NCBI RefSeq assembly: GCF_963921235.1
Contig: NC_086104.1
Location: 63,426,001 to 63,490,000 of the forward strand
Length of the DNA stretch: 64,000 bases
Reading direction: 5' to 3'
Origin: Mobula hypostoma
Taxonomy: Eukaryota
Shown: positions 36,100 through 49,099 of the stretch, piece after piece
Position numbering within the stretch: the stretch's first letter is position 1
Layout of the letters: every line of letters starts with the position of its first letter
Notes under the pieces: model-generated
The model's database searches: none
The model's input: only the letters and a program-made list of their open reading frames with translations
What the model was told of the DNA's origin: nothing
Translations under genes and position numbers: made by a program

Positions 36100-37140
36100 A
36101 ACTCGAGAAACAGGTACAGATGGCGGTGAAGTGACGTCAGCAGCATCACCAGCACAAGAATATTAAGCCACCGAGATACTGTGCGGATGAAACTTACCGG
36201 TCAGAGTGCTGGACATTCAGCGGTACTGCGTCTTAGACAAGAAACTGATGGACATCCGGGAGATGGTTTCGATTATCTTGTATCGATGACCCGCCTATAA
36301 ACGAAACTCGCAGAATTAAGGACATTCGTTAAACTCAATCCCCCAGCGATCCGCAGTCTGTCACCGTCTCCTAACAACCGATGTCCCGATAACACAAACG
36401 CAAAATAACTCTCAATTTGAATAGGAGAACTGTTTTTGAATTGCCTACATTTGATTCTGGGGTTTGTTACAGATTTCTTTGCGTGTGACCAGGAAATATA
36501 TTTACCGAGGAGAAATACGTGAAGCAGGGTGTTTTAGTATTTTCGGAGGCGTGAGTTACAGTGGCGTGCGACCCAGTTATTCCTTAAGTATTGGTTTTAT
36601 GGTTAATACAGCATTTAAAAAACTCTTTAAACCATAAGCGTAGCCTAATTTGTAAGGCACACAGAGTCCTTCTTTGTATTCGCTGCGAGATTTTTTTAAA
36701 CCACGGAATTAATGTTGTGTATCCAGAAGGAAACGTAAACAAACTGCCTCGGAATTTTCTCCTGTTATCAAACCAATGAATTAAGGGGAAAGAGTCAGGA
36801 GTACAATAGGAAAAAAAGTATGGAATACTCCGAAACCAAACCTCTACCAAAGTAATTAAAAGTTTACCGGTAAAAAAGACTCGAGTCCCGTGGAGTACTC
36901 ACCCTGAGCGGCGCCGAGTTGCCAAGTTTGCGCCGAGCTGTCGCTCCGGGTGATGGGAGACGCGGTGTGAGAGGCACCCCACGTGCCACGCTCCACCGCC
37001 ACCCCTTTGCTTTAATGTTGGTACGCATACGGGGGTCGATGCAAATGTGTGACAGGTTTTTCCGATTTGCATCTTGCCTCTCTATAGCAATGGAGAGACT
37101 GAGTGCACACAGCTCACAGTGGAATGGGAAGGCGAGGTAA
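36100..37140 (+). promoter_or_regulatory. CpG-rich unique region; candidate PRR18 promoter and non-coding first exon
   Basis: Many CpGs are retained in a CpG-poor window. CRE palindrome TGACGTCA near 36132, possible donor GAG|gtaaaa near 37136, and possible acceptor tcttgcccactcag near 42504. Confidence 0.45.
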
Positions 37141-37269
37141 AATGACATGCTCCCATCCACTCGGAGATAATGACCCCTTCCATGGCCACAGAGAGGGCAA
37201 ATGCAAATTGGAAGGACAACATCTGGTATTCTGCTTGGGTAGCTTAAACCCAATAGACCACTGAATTTT

Positions 37270-37560
37270 GCATTTTCTGTTAACCCACACCCTTTCTGTT
37301 CTTCCACACCAACCCACCTACCTGTTCACCTAGATTTCTTCTCCTTTTGTTTCCCTTCCCCTACCTAGTTCCATCTGCCCATCATGCCATTGTCTGGTCC
37401 CATCTCACCTCCCCCAGCTGTTCCACCATCACCCTCTATCCCCACTGCTCCTCCCTGAGCCTGATATTGCTAAGTATATGCAATCCCAATGTGGGACCTT
37501 TAGCTGAAACATCACCTTCTCTAAAATTGGTCATAGATGTTTATCAGCCTCTAGGATGAC
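37270..37560 (+). mobile_element. Degenerate Penelope-like 3' fragment
   Basis: C/T-rich tract followed by ctgaaacatc...atagatgtt, as in other Penelope ends here. Confidence 0.45.
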
Positions 37561-39109
37561 TGTGACTTCAAACAGAAGCTGGTGATGTTAACCCTGTGTA
37601 GAGAGGCTTTGACCCATAGGTTGGGACTGTCACCCCACTTAAGCCAGAGTATGTTTTTGTCTTCTTACAAACCTTTTACCTCTCAAACAAGACCAAGAGG
37701 GAAGGCAACCTTGCCTGACTGCAGACCTGACTAGGAAGTTTCCCATTTCTCACTCCTTGTTTTGCTCTGCACTACTATGTATCCAATCATGAATTCCCTC
37801 TCTGAAGGCCATTTTGGACAAAGCATTTGTTGTGCATGTGTATAATATTCTGTCTAACCCTTTCGTATTGTCCAAGCTAATGAGTCAAATGTTCACCCCC
37901 TCCAAACCCATGCTATATTAAAGCAAATATATCTTAAATTGACACAAAACTGGCAGGGGTGCACTAAATGTGATACTGGTCTATCACCAACCCGCAAAAA
38001 ACCTATCTTGATTGGCTTTGAATTTTGACTACAAACCTCATTTAGCAGTCAGATGGGTCTCCAAGTTCTGATCTCTTTCCTTTTCTTCATCTCCTTGTAG
38101 ATATGAGTGGTGGTGCATTTCTTCATAGGCTCTGATATACTGCCAGCTTGAAGGACACTTCCAGTCCAACAGGGCCAAGTGTACTTCAGCTGTGGGATTT
38201 TATCCCTGTCGAATGAACAGATAGACCCAATTAGCTCATTAAGATTTTGATGGTACATCTCTTTTCTTTATCATCTTCTTGAGTGGTTATTACACAAGGC
38301 CACAAAATCAGTGTAAATCAGTTAGATCAAATGATTCACTGGACAGTTAATCTTAGCTGGTGGGGACTGGGCTGCTTCTTCCTGCCTATCTTACTCATGT
38401 TAGCCCAGTGCAAGTTTTTTTCTTCTAAGTGGTAAATAATTTCAAGATGTTTCTGTTCTGATTAGATTTATACTTTAAATACGTTATTACTTTAAATTGG
38501 TTCTGTTCCTTGACCTTCTTCCCTGGTTGCCGTGGGTAACCATCTGTATCTGTCTGGCTGTTGTCTATTTACTTATTTCTTTGCTATAGCTTGAAAATCA
38601 ACTGACAGCAATATTTTACTTTTAATTAGGTTAATCAGTCCTTTCCACACAAATGATTGAGAAATCTAGTAACTTGATCTAGATTTCTGTTAATGTTGAA
38701 AATCATCCTTTTATACTTGCAGAACAATACAACAATCTCCTTATTTCTCTAATTTGCACATTTACAGGATTTCTGCAAAAGATAAATCCATCTTCTAATA
38801 CTTTCTTTGTAATATTGTTAATACATCATGATTTTACTCTCCTACTCCAAAACCAGAAGAGTGAATGTTTTATGATTAAAGTTTCTGATTATAGTTTTAT
38901 TAACTAATTTATTAATTAAACCACACACGGGTGTGAGTGTAAGTACTTTCTTAACAGTATGTCAAGTGTTAATGATTGCCCATAAGAATTCTGATAAGAA
39001 ATGCTAGTGGTTATCTGTGTGATCTTATACCTTTATTCTGAAAATTGTTTCTGGTGACCAAACTGTTTGTTCTTATTGCGACATTATTAGATGTTTGGAT
39101 TTACCTTGT

Positions 39110-40958
39110 ATAAGGGCAAACTAGCCAATAATATAAAGCAGGACACTATAAGTTTTTTTTTTCAGTTGTATAAAGAGAAAAAGAGAGGTGAGAGTTGATA
39201 TTTAACCACTGGAAAATGATGCTGGTGAGGTAGTAATGTGGGACAAAGAAATGGCAGATGAACTTAATGGGTACTTTGCATCTGTCTTCATTGTGGAAGA
39301 CACTAGAAGTGTGCCAGGTGTTTGTGAGTGTCAGGGAGCAGAAGGGAGTGCCATTGCTATTACAAAGGAAAAAGTGCTAAGCATACTTAAAGGTCTTAAG
39401 GTGGATAAGTCTTCTGGACCAGACAGACTACATCCCAGAGTCCTGAGAGAGATTGCTGAAGAGAAAATGGATGCATTGGTCATGATCTTTCAAGAATCAC
39501 TTGATTCTGGCAAGGTCTCAGAGGACTGGAAGATTGAAAATGTCACTCCACTCTTTAAGAAGGGAGGAAGGCAAAAGAAAGGAAATTATATGCTAGTTAG
39601 CCTAACCTCAGAGTTTGGGAAAGTGTTGGAGTCTATCATTAAGGATGAGGTTTTGGGGTATTTGGAGACTGATGATAAAATAAGTCAAAGTCAGCGTAGC
39701 TTCTGTAAATCGAAATCTTGGCTGATAAATCTGTTAGAGTTCTTCAAGGAAGTAATAAGCAGGATGGTCAAAGAGGAGGCAGTGGATGTCATTTACTTGG
39801 ATTTTCAGAAGGTACTTGATAAGGTGACTCACATGAAGCTGCTTAACAAGATAAAATCCCAAGGTGTTACAGGAAAGATACTGGCACGGATAGTGGAATG
39901 GCTGACAGGCAGGAGGCAGTGAGTTGGAATAAAGGGGGTCTTTTCTGGTTGGCTGCCAGTCACTAGTGGTGTTCCTCAGCAGTCAGTATTGGGATGACAA
40001 CTTTTCACATTGTTTGTCAATGATTTAGATTATACAATTGATCAGTTTGTGGGAAAGTTTACCATTGCTACAAAGATAGGTGGAGACTTAGGTAGTGCTT
40101 AGGAATCAATGCATTTGAAGCAGGATTAGACAAGTTGGAAGAATGGTCATAAAAATGGCAGATGGAATACAGCGTTGGGAAATGTGTGATAATGCACTTT
40201 GGTAAAAGGAACAATAGCGCGGACCATTATCTAAATGAGGAGAAGGTTCAAACATCAAAGGTACAGAGGACTTAGGAGTTCTTCTGCAAGACTCACAGAA
40301 GATCTGTGGTAAAGAAGGCAATGGCAATGTTGGCATTTCTTTCAAGGGGAATAGAATATAAAAGGAAGAGATAATGCTGAGCCTTTATAAGGCACTAGTC
40401 AGGCTGCACTTGGAGTATTGTCAACAGTTTTGGGCCCCATATATCAGAAAGGATGTGTTGTCATTGGAGAGAGTCTAGAGGAGGTTCACAAGGATGATTC
40501 TGGGAATGAAGGGGTTAACATATGAGGAGCTTTGGGCTTTCAGTCACTAGAAATTAGAAGAATATGTTGGGATCTCATTGAAACCTACGAATGTTGAAAG
40601 GATCAGATAGGGTGGATGTGGAGCAGATGTTTCCTGTGGTGGGGGTGTCCAGAACTAGAGGGTACAGCCTCAAAACTGATGGGCGACCTTTTAGAACAGA
40701 GTTAAGGAGAAATTTTTTTTAGCCAGAGTCGTGAATCTGTGGAATGTTCTGCCACAGACTGTGGTGGAGGCTAAGTCTGTGGGTATATTTAAGACAGAAG
40801 TTGATTGTTTCCTGATCAGTCAGAGGATCAAAGGATATGGCGAGAAGGCAGGTGTATGGGGTTGAGTGGGATCTGGGTTCCGTCATGATGGTATAGCAGA
40901 GCAGACTTGATGGGCTGAATGGCCTAATTCTGCTCCTATGTCTTATGGTCTCATGGTC
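39110..40958 (+). mobile_element. CR1 LINE ORF2 (RT) through the 3' end
   Basis: KSSGPDRLHPRVLRE...ENVTPLFKKG...NYMLVSLTS...VDVIYLDFQK. Tail tcttatggtctcatgg. Confidence 0.92.
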
Positions 40959-42654
40959 ATGATCATTCTTGCTGATGTATTGGTTAAGTTACTAGAAATC
41001 GGAGGCCCGGATAATCAATTGAGAAACTAGAGTTCAGATTCCATCATGCCAATAGTGGAATTTGAGTTCAGTGAATAATCTGCACGTGGTAGTTATAAAG
41101 ACCCATCAGATTTAAATAATGTCATTCATTAGAGAAAAGCTGCCCTCCCTACCTCATCTGGCCTGCATATGCTTCCAAATGCAGATCCATGATGTTGATT
41201 CATGTATATCCTTTGTATGGGCATAGTGAGATGCAGTATGTAGCTACAAGTAGGGGTGGACAGTTGGAAGGCTTTGTCCTCCCTAAATAATAAAAGCTCC
41301 AACAATATTTTTATATATCATAATTTACTCCTAGAGTATACCTCTTCCTCATTGTCATTTCATTCTCATTATTTATTGCTGCTTCCTAATGGTTGCAACC
41401 CTTAGATTTGTTCTCTTCCTGGTAATGTTCCAAAATTCACCCTGAAATTATCCTAAACCTCCTTCAGTGGCCATTGGTGAATTACTTTTCTTGTAGTTTG
41501 CATTTCTCAATGAATTATCTGTTCATTGCAAATTTCCCCAGCCTCCCAACATACCTACATAACTGGGTTCATATGAGTTTACAACTCAGTTTGAACGACA
41601 TCTACACTAAGGAGCCTATGACTTGCTCATTGTTGGAGCTTAGTCAGCAAATGATTGATGGAAAAGTTTGGAAAGTATACCCCAAAGATGCAGTGAGCAA
41701 GGAAATATGGATAGTTACATGACAATCAGCATTTACTGCCTTAGCATGGTCGTCAATTTGACATTAATATTCTGTCATTACGGTTTCTTTCTCTGACTCT
41801 GAATCTCCTTGCTATACTTCTGATTTACAATTGAATTTATCCATTTTAGCTTACACTATGGTAGCAAAAAACAGAAGAAATGTGATGAAAATGATCACGC
41901 ATATCTCATACCTTGAGTGCTGCCTACGGAGTATTGCACATTTTCCCTGTGACCATGTGTTTTTTGCCCAGGTATTTTGATTTCCTTCGAAATCCCAAAG
42001 AGATGCGCGTTTACTGTAAATTGCAGTTGAATGCGTCTGTTGCTGGCAAATACAGCCTACCTCTTCCTAGAGATGCTGCCTGGCCTGCTGCGCTCACCAG
42101 CAACTTTGACGTGTGTTGCTGCTCTTAAGCAGTTGGAAAACATGCGGTCAGGCAGGTGAAAAAAAGGAACCGTTTCAGGTCAGTTAATTTTCATCAGAAT
42201 TAGGCGACGTTTTAATTAACAGGGAAAGGTGAGACCATAAGAGAAGAAATTGAATGTCTGTGGGAATCAGGAAAGACTGAGTGACACAAGAGGGAACAAA
42301 AGCCGGCTGTTTGTAAAGCATATACTATATAATTAATTTCTGCTATTTAATCTGGTAGCTGGGGATTTAATTTCTGTGAATTGGCTGGCATGGGTGCGAA
42401 CCACTTTTTTTTGGATCTAATACCTTATCCTTGTTGTGGCTTTGCTACTTGTACAAAACAATACTGTAACTGGAGGGTACTGAAGCTGGATCTTGCCCAC
42501 TCAGACCCTGACTCCGCCCCACTGGTCCGCCCCTGGACTCAGGCTGCCTTTGCCATCCAGTGGAGGTCCATGGTCCTCCCAACGGCAGCATCCCATATAA
42601 AGACGTGAGTGGTAGACGCGAGAAGTTGCTGCATCCTCCGTCCCGCCTGCTGCA

Positions 42655-43257
42655 ATGAAGACAGACATCCCGCCCAGAGCGGCGGTACCTTTCCCTCCGA
42701 TCCGCCAAGCCGGGTGCTGTCCTGGCAGGCAGCAGGAGCCCCAGCGACCGCTGAGAAAGAAAGTGCAGCCGCCGCAAAATTTCTCCCACTCATGGCCCAA
42801 GGCGGGATTCCAGCTTGGGGGCCGCCGGCCGCAGCCCCGCCTGCTTGAGCCAAGGTTAACGGGCAGCTTGTGTGTCAGCGTGCTGGCTTCCGCCAAGCAC
42901 TCGGACCGCACCGGGCAGCCGGACGGTAGCGCGGGGGAGTGCTTCTCGCTCAGCCTCACTCCCGAGGCCGTGCAGGTCATCCAGAAGCGCAATTTGGAGC
43001 GGCAGCAGCTGGCGGGCCGGACAAAGGAGAAGGCGGCGACTCGGTGTCCGGCCGCACCACCCTCGTCCGATATCAGGAAGCTGCTGAAAATCTCGCTGCT
43101 AAACGACCAACACAAATATGACGACGTGGAATATGAGGAGGGCGACGGGCCGCCCGACCGCTCGGTCCTGCAGAAATGTCTGGAGTGGCTGGAGGGAGTG
43201 GAGAGCGCTCGCGGGCCCGTGGGCAAGCTGGCAAGGTTACCCCAGCTGGCCAACTAG
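42655..43257 (+). CDS. PRR18: Proline-rich protein 18 (single coding exon, 200 aa)
   Basis: Family motifs PFPP, SHSWP, FSLSLTPEAVQVIQKRNLE and DIRKLLKISLLNDQHKYDDVEYEE...VLQKCLEWLEGVESA. GC/CpG-rich, in-frame stop upstream at 42613, and adjacent to SFT2D1 as in other vertebrates. Confidence 0.9.
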   Translation: MKTDIPPRAAVPFPPIRQAGCCPGRQQEPQRPLRKKVQPPQNFSHSWPKAGFQLGGRRPQPRLLEPRLTGSLCVSVLASAKHSDRTGQPDGSAGECFSLSLTPEAVQVIQKRNLERQQLAGRTKEKAATRCPAAPPSSDIRKLLKISLLNDQHKYDDVEYEEGDGPPDRSVLQKCLEWLEGVESARGPVGKLARLPQLAN

Positions 43258-43753
43258 CTCAACAAGTTACTGCTGGCATCAGGGACACTTTCCCATGAAC
43301 GTACTTCAATCACTGTTCCAGCAAACCAAACACCTGGGACAACATCAATGGAGCCCTAAGGGGGCTCTTGAATAAACTATGTGAACATCGGTGCCTCGAA
43401 AAACTAATGGATGTTTAGTGTGCAAGTATTACCTGAAAGCTTCCGGATTCAGAAAATCTTGAGTAATTGTGCATTTTAACATGTTTGGTTTTTTTTTAAC
43501 TGCGACTGTGGGCTTGACAATACTGGCACCAGATGTTTACATGACATTACACCGGTTTCCAATAACCAACTTCCAGAATGAGCCTTTTCCCGCATTTGCT
43601 TCAAGCGGGCATGCACTGAAAAGGAGACTGGGGCGAAGTTTATTTTTGTAGTTACTATTTGCTGGCGACATATAACTGTACTCAAATCTAAAATTAGTTT
43701 TAAGTCATGCATACAACGATTATTGCATAAATTGTTTTCATGTTTCAGCCTTT

Positions 43754-43859
43754 AATAAAACTCATTCCTTGTGTATTCCTGGTATTTTTCAAATTGCTGA
43801 GAATAAAATTTTTGAAAATGTGCTTTTACACAGTGTGTTGCACTATTCACCTAAATAAA
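43754..43859 (+). terminator. Candidate PRR18 polyadenylation signals
   Basis: AATAAA at 43754, near 43802 and near 43854, about 0.5 kb after the stop codon. Confidence 0.55.
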
Positions 43860-43999
43860 ATTCCAGATAGGTATTTCTTATAAAATGGTTGCTGGAGAAT
43901 AATTTCCATTTTAAATAATTTGTGACTTACCAAAATAATTTTAAACAATTTTGGTATGGTGAACATGTATTTACCAAATTATTCTGAGAGGATAGAAGG

Positions 44000-44490
44000 T
44001 TCAGAGTCAGGTTTAATATATGTATTTTAAAAGTTACATTAAATAAGCAGTGCAAAAATAGGAAAAACAAGTACCGAATGGTACTGAAGTCCTGTTCATG
44101 GGTTCAAAGTCCATTCAGAAATCTGATGGCATAGGGGAAGAAGCTGTTCCTGAATCGTTGAGTGTGTGCCTTCGGGCTCCTGTACCTCATCCCTGATGGT
44201 AGCAATGAGAAGAACATATGTCCTGAGTGACGGGGGCCCTTACTGATGGATGCCACCTTTTTGAGGCATCACTCCTTGAAGATGTCTTGGATGCTGGGGA
44301 GGCTATTGCCCATGATGGAGATGACTGAGTTTACAACTTTCTGCAGCTTATCTTGATCCTGTGCAGTGGCCCCTCCATACCATTTGGTGATGCAGCCTGT
44401 TAGAATGCTCTCCATGGTACGTACATCTGTAGAAATTTGCAAGTTTCTTTGGTGACATACCAAATCTCAAACTCCCAATGAAATATAGCT
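44000..44490 (-). mobile_element. Rex1-type LINE 3' end
   Basis: ESILTGCITKWYG...KLQKVV. Same family as 35580-36090. Confidence 0.8.
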
Positions 44491-44589
44491 AGAAAATTCC
44501 AGGCAAAACAGAATGTGCTTGAATTACATAGCAGGTCACGCTGCATTTGTGAGATGAGAAACAGTCAATATTTTAGGTCAGAGATGCTT

Positions 44590-46640
44590 TATTATTAGCA
44601 TTTCCACAGCACAAATAGCCAACACTTGCTTGACAGGCCAAGGCTTTGAGCTGTGACTTTTTAGAAAACATTTGTTAGGCTGCATTTGGAGCTTTATGTA
44701 GAGTTCTGATTGTCACACTTGAGGAAGCTTTAAGAGTGCAGAAGAGATACACCAGGATGATATCTGCAATGGAGAACTTTAGCATAGGCTGGGTGTCTTC
44801 TCTCTAAAGCAGAGGAAGCTGCAGGGTAACCAATGTAAAGGTTTATAACATGGAGGGAAAAAATAAGATAGAGTCTTTTTCTCAGGGTAGGGGAGTCTAA
44901 AACTAGAGGACATAAGTTGAAGGTGAGAAGAGAGGGGCATTTCATTTTTGCATGAGGATAGTGGATATTGGAGCCAGCAGCCAGAAGAGGCAATAGAATT
45001 AGTGACCTTGTGTTGCAAGGTACTGCCTTCCTAGGAAACAGTTAATCACCAATTTCCCTAACAGGGTTGCCATCTCTGCACCCATCAAGGAAAGAGTGTT
45101 GAAAAAAAGATTAAAAATTGCACATGAATTCCACAAGCATGTAGCTAGGCCAGCTAAAACATGACAGTTACATTCCTAAGAAACCCCACTTGTAAAGATT
45201 GTAAAGTTGTGTTGTTGCAGAACAGGTGTAGTTGCCTTCAACGCGCAGATTTAGGCATGTTTCCCAATTGTGCTGCAATTAATGTGGCCTGCATAATTCA
45301 AATAATTTTCCCTAATTCATCTCTTGCATTATTTCCAATTCATGCTATGGAAATTTTTGCACTGTGATTAGTGGCTCTTGTAGGAGTGAATTCTGCAAGG
45401 GTGAAAATTTGTTAAATAAGTGGCTGTAATACAGGGGTCATGTGTACAAAGTTTAAAAAGCATTTGGGCAGGTACTTGTGTAGGAAAGGAATATCGGCAT
45501 AATGCAGGCATTTAGGATTAGCATGGATAGGCATCATGGTTGATATGGAGAACTTGGGCTGAAGGGCCTGTTTCTGTGGTGTACAGCTGTGACTTAAAAA
45601 TGGAAATGTCTTCTGATTTTAATTTAACTATTTATCTTTTAAAAAAATATTTAACTATCTCCATCTTGTCTTTGTTTGCTCACTCGTTGAAGAATCCAAT
45701 AGATAGGCTAATAGACATGGAAAAGAATTTAAAGAGACTTCAAGCAGATACAGAGAAAAGCTGAGCGGGTGAGAACATGGTAGGTGAAATATATTGGGAA
45801 AAGTGTGAGGCCACCTACTTCAACAAAAAGAAAAGCATAGTATTTGTTAAATGGTGAGTGTTGGGTAGTGTTAGTATTCAAAGAAACTTAATATATAGCA
45901 CCTTTCATACATTAAGATCAGGCTTCAAGTGTTTTACATAGATTGTAAAGATTAGTCAAAAAATATAAAACAAAATTAAAAATCATATACATTATATAGA
46001 ACAAAATGTAATAGAATATACCAAATTATAGAAATGTAATCAACATCAAGACATTAAGAATCCTATAAGTATGCTAAGAGTAGGTTTTCAGAATGTTTGA
46101 AATGTTCCACAGTACTAGCCTAGTGTATCTATCTCTCAGTCGGTAGACTTGGGCATTGTTTGCACAGGAGTCACTGAACACGAACAAGAAGGTATAGCAA
46201 GTGGTTTAGAGAACGAATGGTGTTAGCTTTTCATTATGAGGACACAATCTTGTGATGAGAGGCAAATTCAGCAAGTTATAGAGAAAGGAAAAGTCAATAG
46301 TGTAATGGAGCATAAACAAGTAGATGAATCCGATTCTTGAAGCAAGGGCCGGAACATGAAGATATCTCCAATTGGAATGAGGTGAGGGAACGTGGAGATA
46401 TGACTGAAGCCACTTTATGTATACATACAATATTTTTAAAACAGACAAATTCTTAAAAGCAAAACAAATGGAGATCCAATAGGAATTACAGAGATGTTGC
46501 AAGCTCAATCTGGGAAGAATTCTCTGGTGGTGATTTTTGGCTCAGTATGTTCAGGAGCCAGCAAGTGAACAGGCTATTATAAGTCTCTCATGGTGCAGTG
46601 AGAAAGGAGTAATTAGTACCCTGGTAACTAAGGAAGAGTA
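44590..46640 (+). mobile_element. Scattered, highly degenerate CR1 fragments
   Basis: Remnants ttaggctgcatttggag, aactagaggacataag and gggctgaagggcctgtttctg, interspersed with unassigned sequence. Confidence 0.5.
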
Positions 46641-46647
46641 ATCATCA

Positions 46648-46856
46648 AACAACAGGAATTCTGCAGATGCTGGAAATTCAAGCAACACACATCAAAGTTA
46701 CTGGTGAACGCAGCAGGCCAGGCAGCATCTGTAGGAAGAGGTGCAGTCGACGTTTCAGGCCGAGACCGAGGTCAGGACGAAGGGTCTCGGCCTGAAACGT
46801 TGACTGCACCTCTTCCTACAGATGCTGCCTAGCCTGCTGTGTTCACCAGCAACTTT
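46648..46856. mobile_element. Fold-back Penelope terminal-repeat insertion with a perfect 15-bp TSD
   Basis: Inverted arms of about 75 bp flank the centre near 46770-46780. TSD GAAGAGTAATCATCA at 46633-46647 and 46857-46871. Confidence 0.88.
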
Positions 46857-47097
46857 GAAGAGTAATCATCACTTATTTGAAGCACAAAATTTTTCTTGGA
46901 CTCCTTATTCACCCTGAATTGAACTAGAGTGATTTTGGTCAAAATGTGACTCTGCGGTAGGGTTGGAGGAGTCTTGGCCCTTTTCTTCATCCAATGTAAA
47001 TGAGGTTCTTAAAGACCATTTGAATGAGAGTACAGATTGCAGGGAGCAGCCATTCAAGTGGGAGTTTGAAAAAAATTGCGATAGACTTGTGACAGTA

Positions 47098-48494
47098 TTC
47101 CTGTGCTGTGGAAGATGTCCTGCCTCGTCCCTGTGCCGAAGGCGCTGCGCCCCAGCAGCCTCAATGACTACAGACTGGTGGCATTGACCTCCCACATCAT
47201 GAAGACCCTGGAGAGACTTGTTCTGGAGCTGCTCCGGCCTATGGTCAGGCCAGACTTAGATCCCCTCCAGTTCGTCTACCAGCCCCGACTAGGAGTTGAG
47301 GATGCCATCGTCTACCTGCTGAACCGTGTCTACGCCCACCTGGACAAGCCAGCGAGCACTGTGAGGGTCATGTTTTTTGACTTCTCCAGTGCGTTCAACA
47401 CCACCCGCCCTGCTCTGCTGGAGGAGAAGCTGACAGCGATGCAGGTGGATGCTTTCCTGGTGTCATGGATTCTTGATTACCTGACTGGCAGACCACAGTA
47501 CCTGTGCTTGCAACACTGTGTGTCCGACAGAGTGATCAGCAGCACTGGGGCTCCACAGGGGACTGTCCTGTCTCCCTTTCTCTTCACCATTTACACCTCG
47601 GACTTCAACTACTGCACAGAGTTTTGTCATTTTCAGAAATTTTCTGATGACTCTGCCATAGTTGGATGCATCAGCAAGGGAGATGAGGCTGAGTACAGGG
47701 CTACGGTAGGAAACTTTGTCACATGGTGTGAGCAGAATTATCTGCAGCTTAATGTGAAAAAGACTAAGGAGCTGGTGGTAGACCTGAGGAGGGCTAAGGC
47801 ACCGATGACCCCTGTTTCCATCCAGGGGGTCAGTGTGGACATGGTGGAGGATTACAAATACCTGGGGATACGAATTGACAATAAACTGGACTGGTCAAAG
47901 AACACTGAGGCTGTCTAAAAGAAGGGTCAGAGCCATCTCTATTTCCTGAGGAGACTGAGGTCCTTTAACATCTGTCGGACGATGCTGAGGATGTTCTACG
48001 AGTCTGTGGTGGCCAGTGCTATCATGTTTGCTGTTGTGTGCTGGGGCAGCAGGTTGATGGTAGCAGACACCAACAGAATCAACAAACTCATTTGTAAGGC
48101 CAGCGATGTTGTGGGGATGGAACTAGACTCTCTGACGGTGGTGTCTGAAAAGAGGACGCTGTCCAAGATGCATGCCATCTTGGACAATGTCTCCCATCCA
48201 CTACATGATGGACTGGTTGGGCACAGGAGTACATTCAGCCAGAGACTCATTCCACTGAGATGCAATACTGAGTGTCATAGGAAGTCATTCCTGCCTGTGG
48301 CCACCAAACTTTACAACTCCTCCCTTGGAGGGTCAGACACCCTGAGCCAATAGGCTGGTCCTGGACTTATTTCCTGGCATAATTTAAATATTACTATTTA
48401 ATTATTTATGGTTTATTACTATCTAATTATTTATAGTGCAACTGTAACGAAAACCAATTTCCTTTGGGATCAATAAAGTATGACTATGACTATG
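47098..48494 (+). mobile_element. Young Rex1/Babar-type LINE, 5'-truncated
   Basis: 271-aa RT ORF (LDPLQF, FFDFSSAFN, GAPQGTVLSPFLF, KFSDD). One premature stop at 47916, then the frame continues to 48353. Tail aataaagta(tgacta)2. Confidence 0.93.
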
Positions 48495-49099
48495 TATAGA
48501 AGATGATTTTGTTCTTTGTAGTCCTTAATATGAATCCCAAAGACTGTCGTCTCTCCAATTCTAGGGTTAAAGATGAGTCTTGGTGGTGATGGAAAAACTT
48601 GCTGATAGGGTAACGATTCAAATGTTGTGTTCCGGTGAGCACAACAACAAAGTACAGATAAGAAAAGGCTCTGGTGAGATTGAAGAATTAGAAAGGAAAA
48701 CTATAAAGGCGATAATCTCTTATTTCAGACCCCTGCAAATCAGCATGGTTCAAAGCTTATCATGGGAGAATTTGGCTTCTGTTAACTGGAGTGTGAGGGA
48801 ACTGTTTCATAGAGATGGACCACTTGAATTGAGCTACGTGCAAATAGAGTAAATACAAGGTTTTAACCAAGTTGAAGAGGAATGGTGGAGTTGGGGATTT
48901 CAGGAGAGAGGGACAGTGAAATTGGTAATTATATCTAACACGTTAAACTGTCCCAATTCAGGATCTGCAATAATCTAGTATGCAAGACATTCAAATAATT
49001 AAAAATTAATATAATTTATTGCTCAGGCAAATAATAAAAAAGTGGGATGTTACTCTTTGAAGAACTGAATGGAGTACTGAAAGAAATGACTTCAATATT

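Noticed and set aside
36864-37307. 147-aa minus-strand ORF in the CpG-rich region
   Set aside because: No recognisable homology; it partly overlaps degenerate repeat and GC-rich sequence.
42501-43253. 250-aa antisense ORF over PRR18
   Set aside because: Shadow ORF of a GC-rich coding exon, with no recognisable motifs.
47103-48353. Intact or domesticated RT gene
   Set aside because: It is 5'-truncated, has a premature stop at 47916, and ends in a LINE tail.
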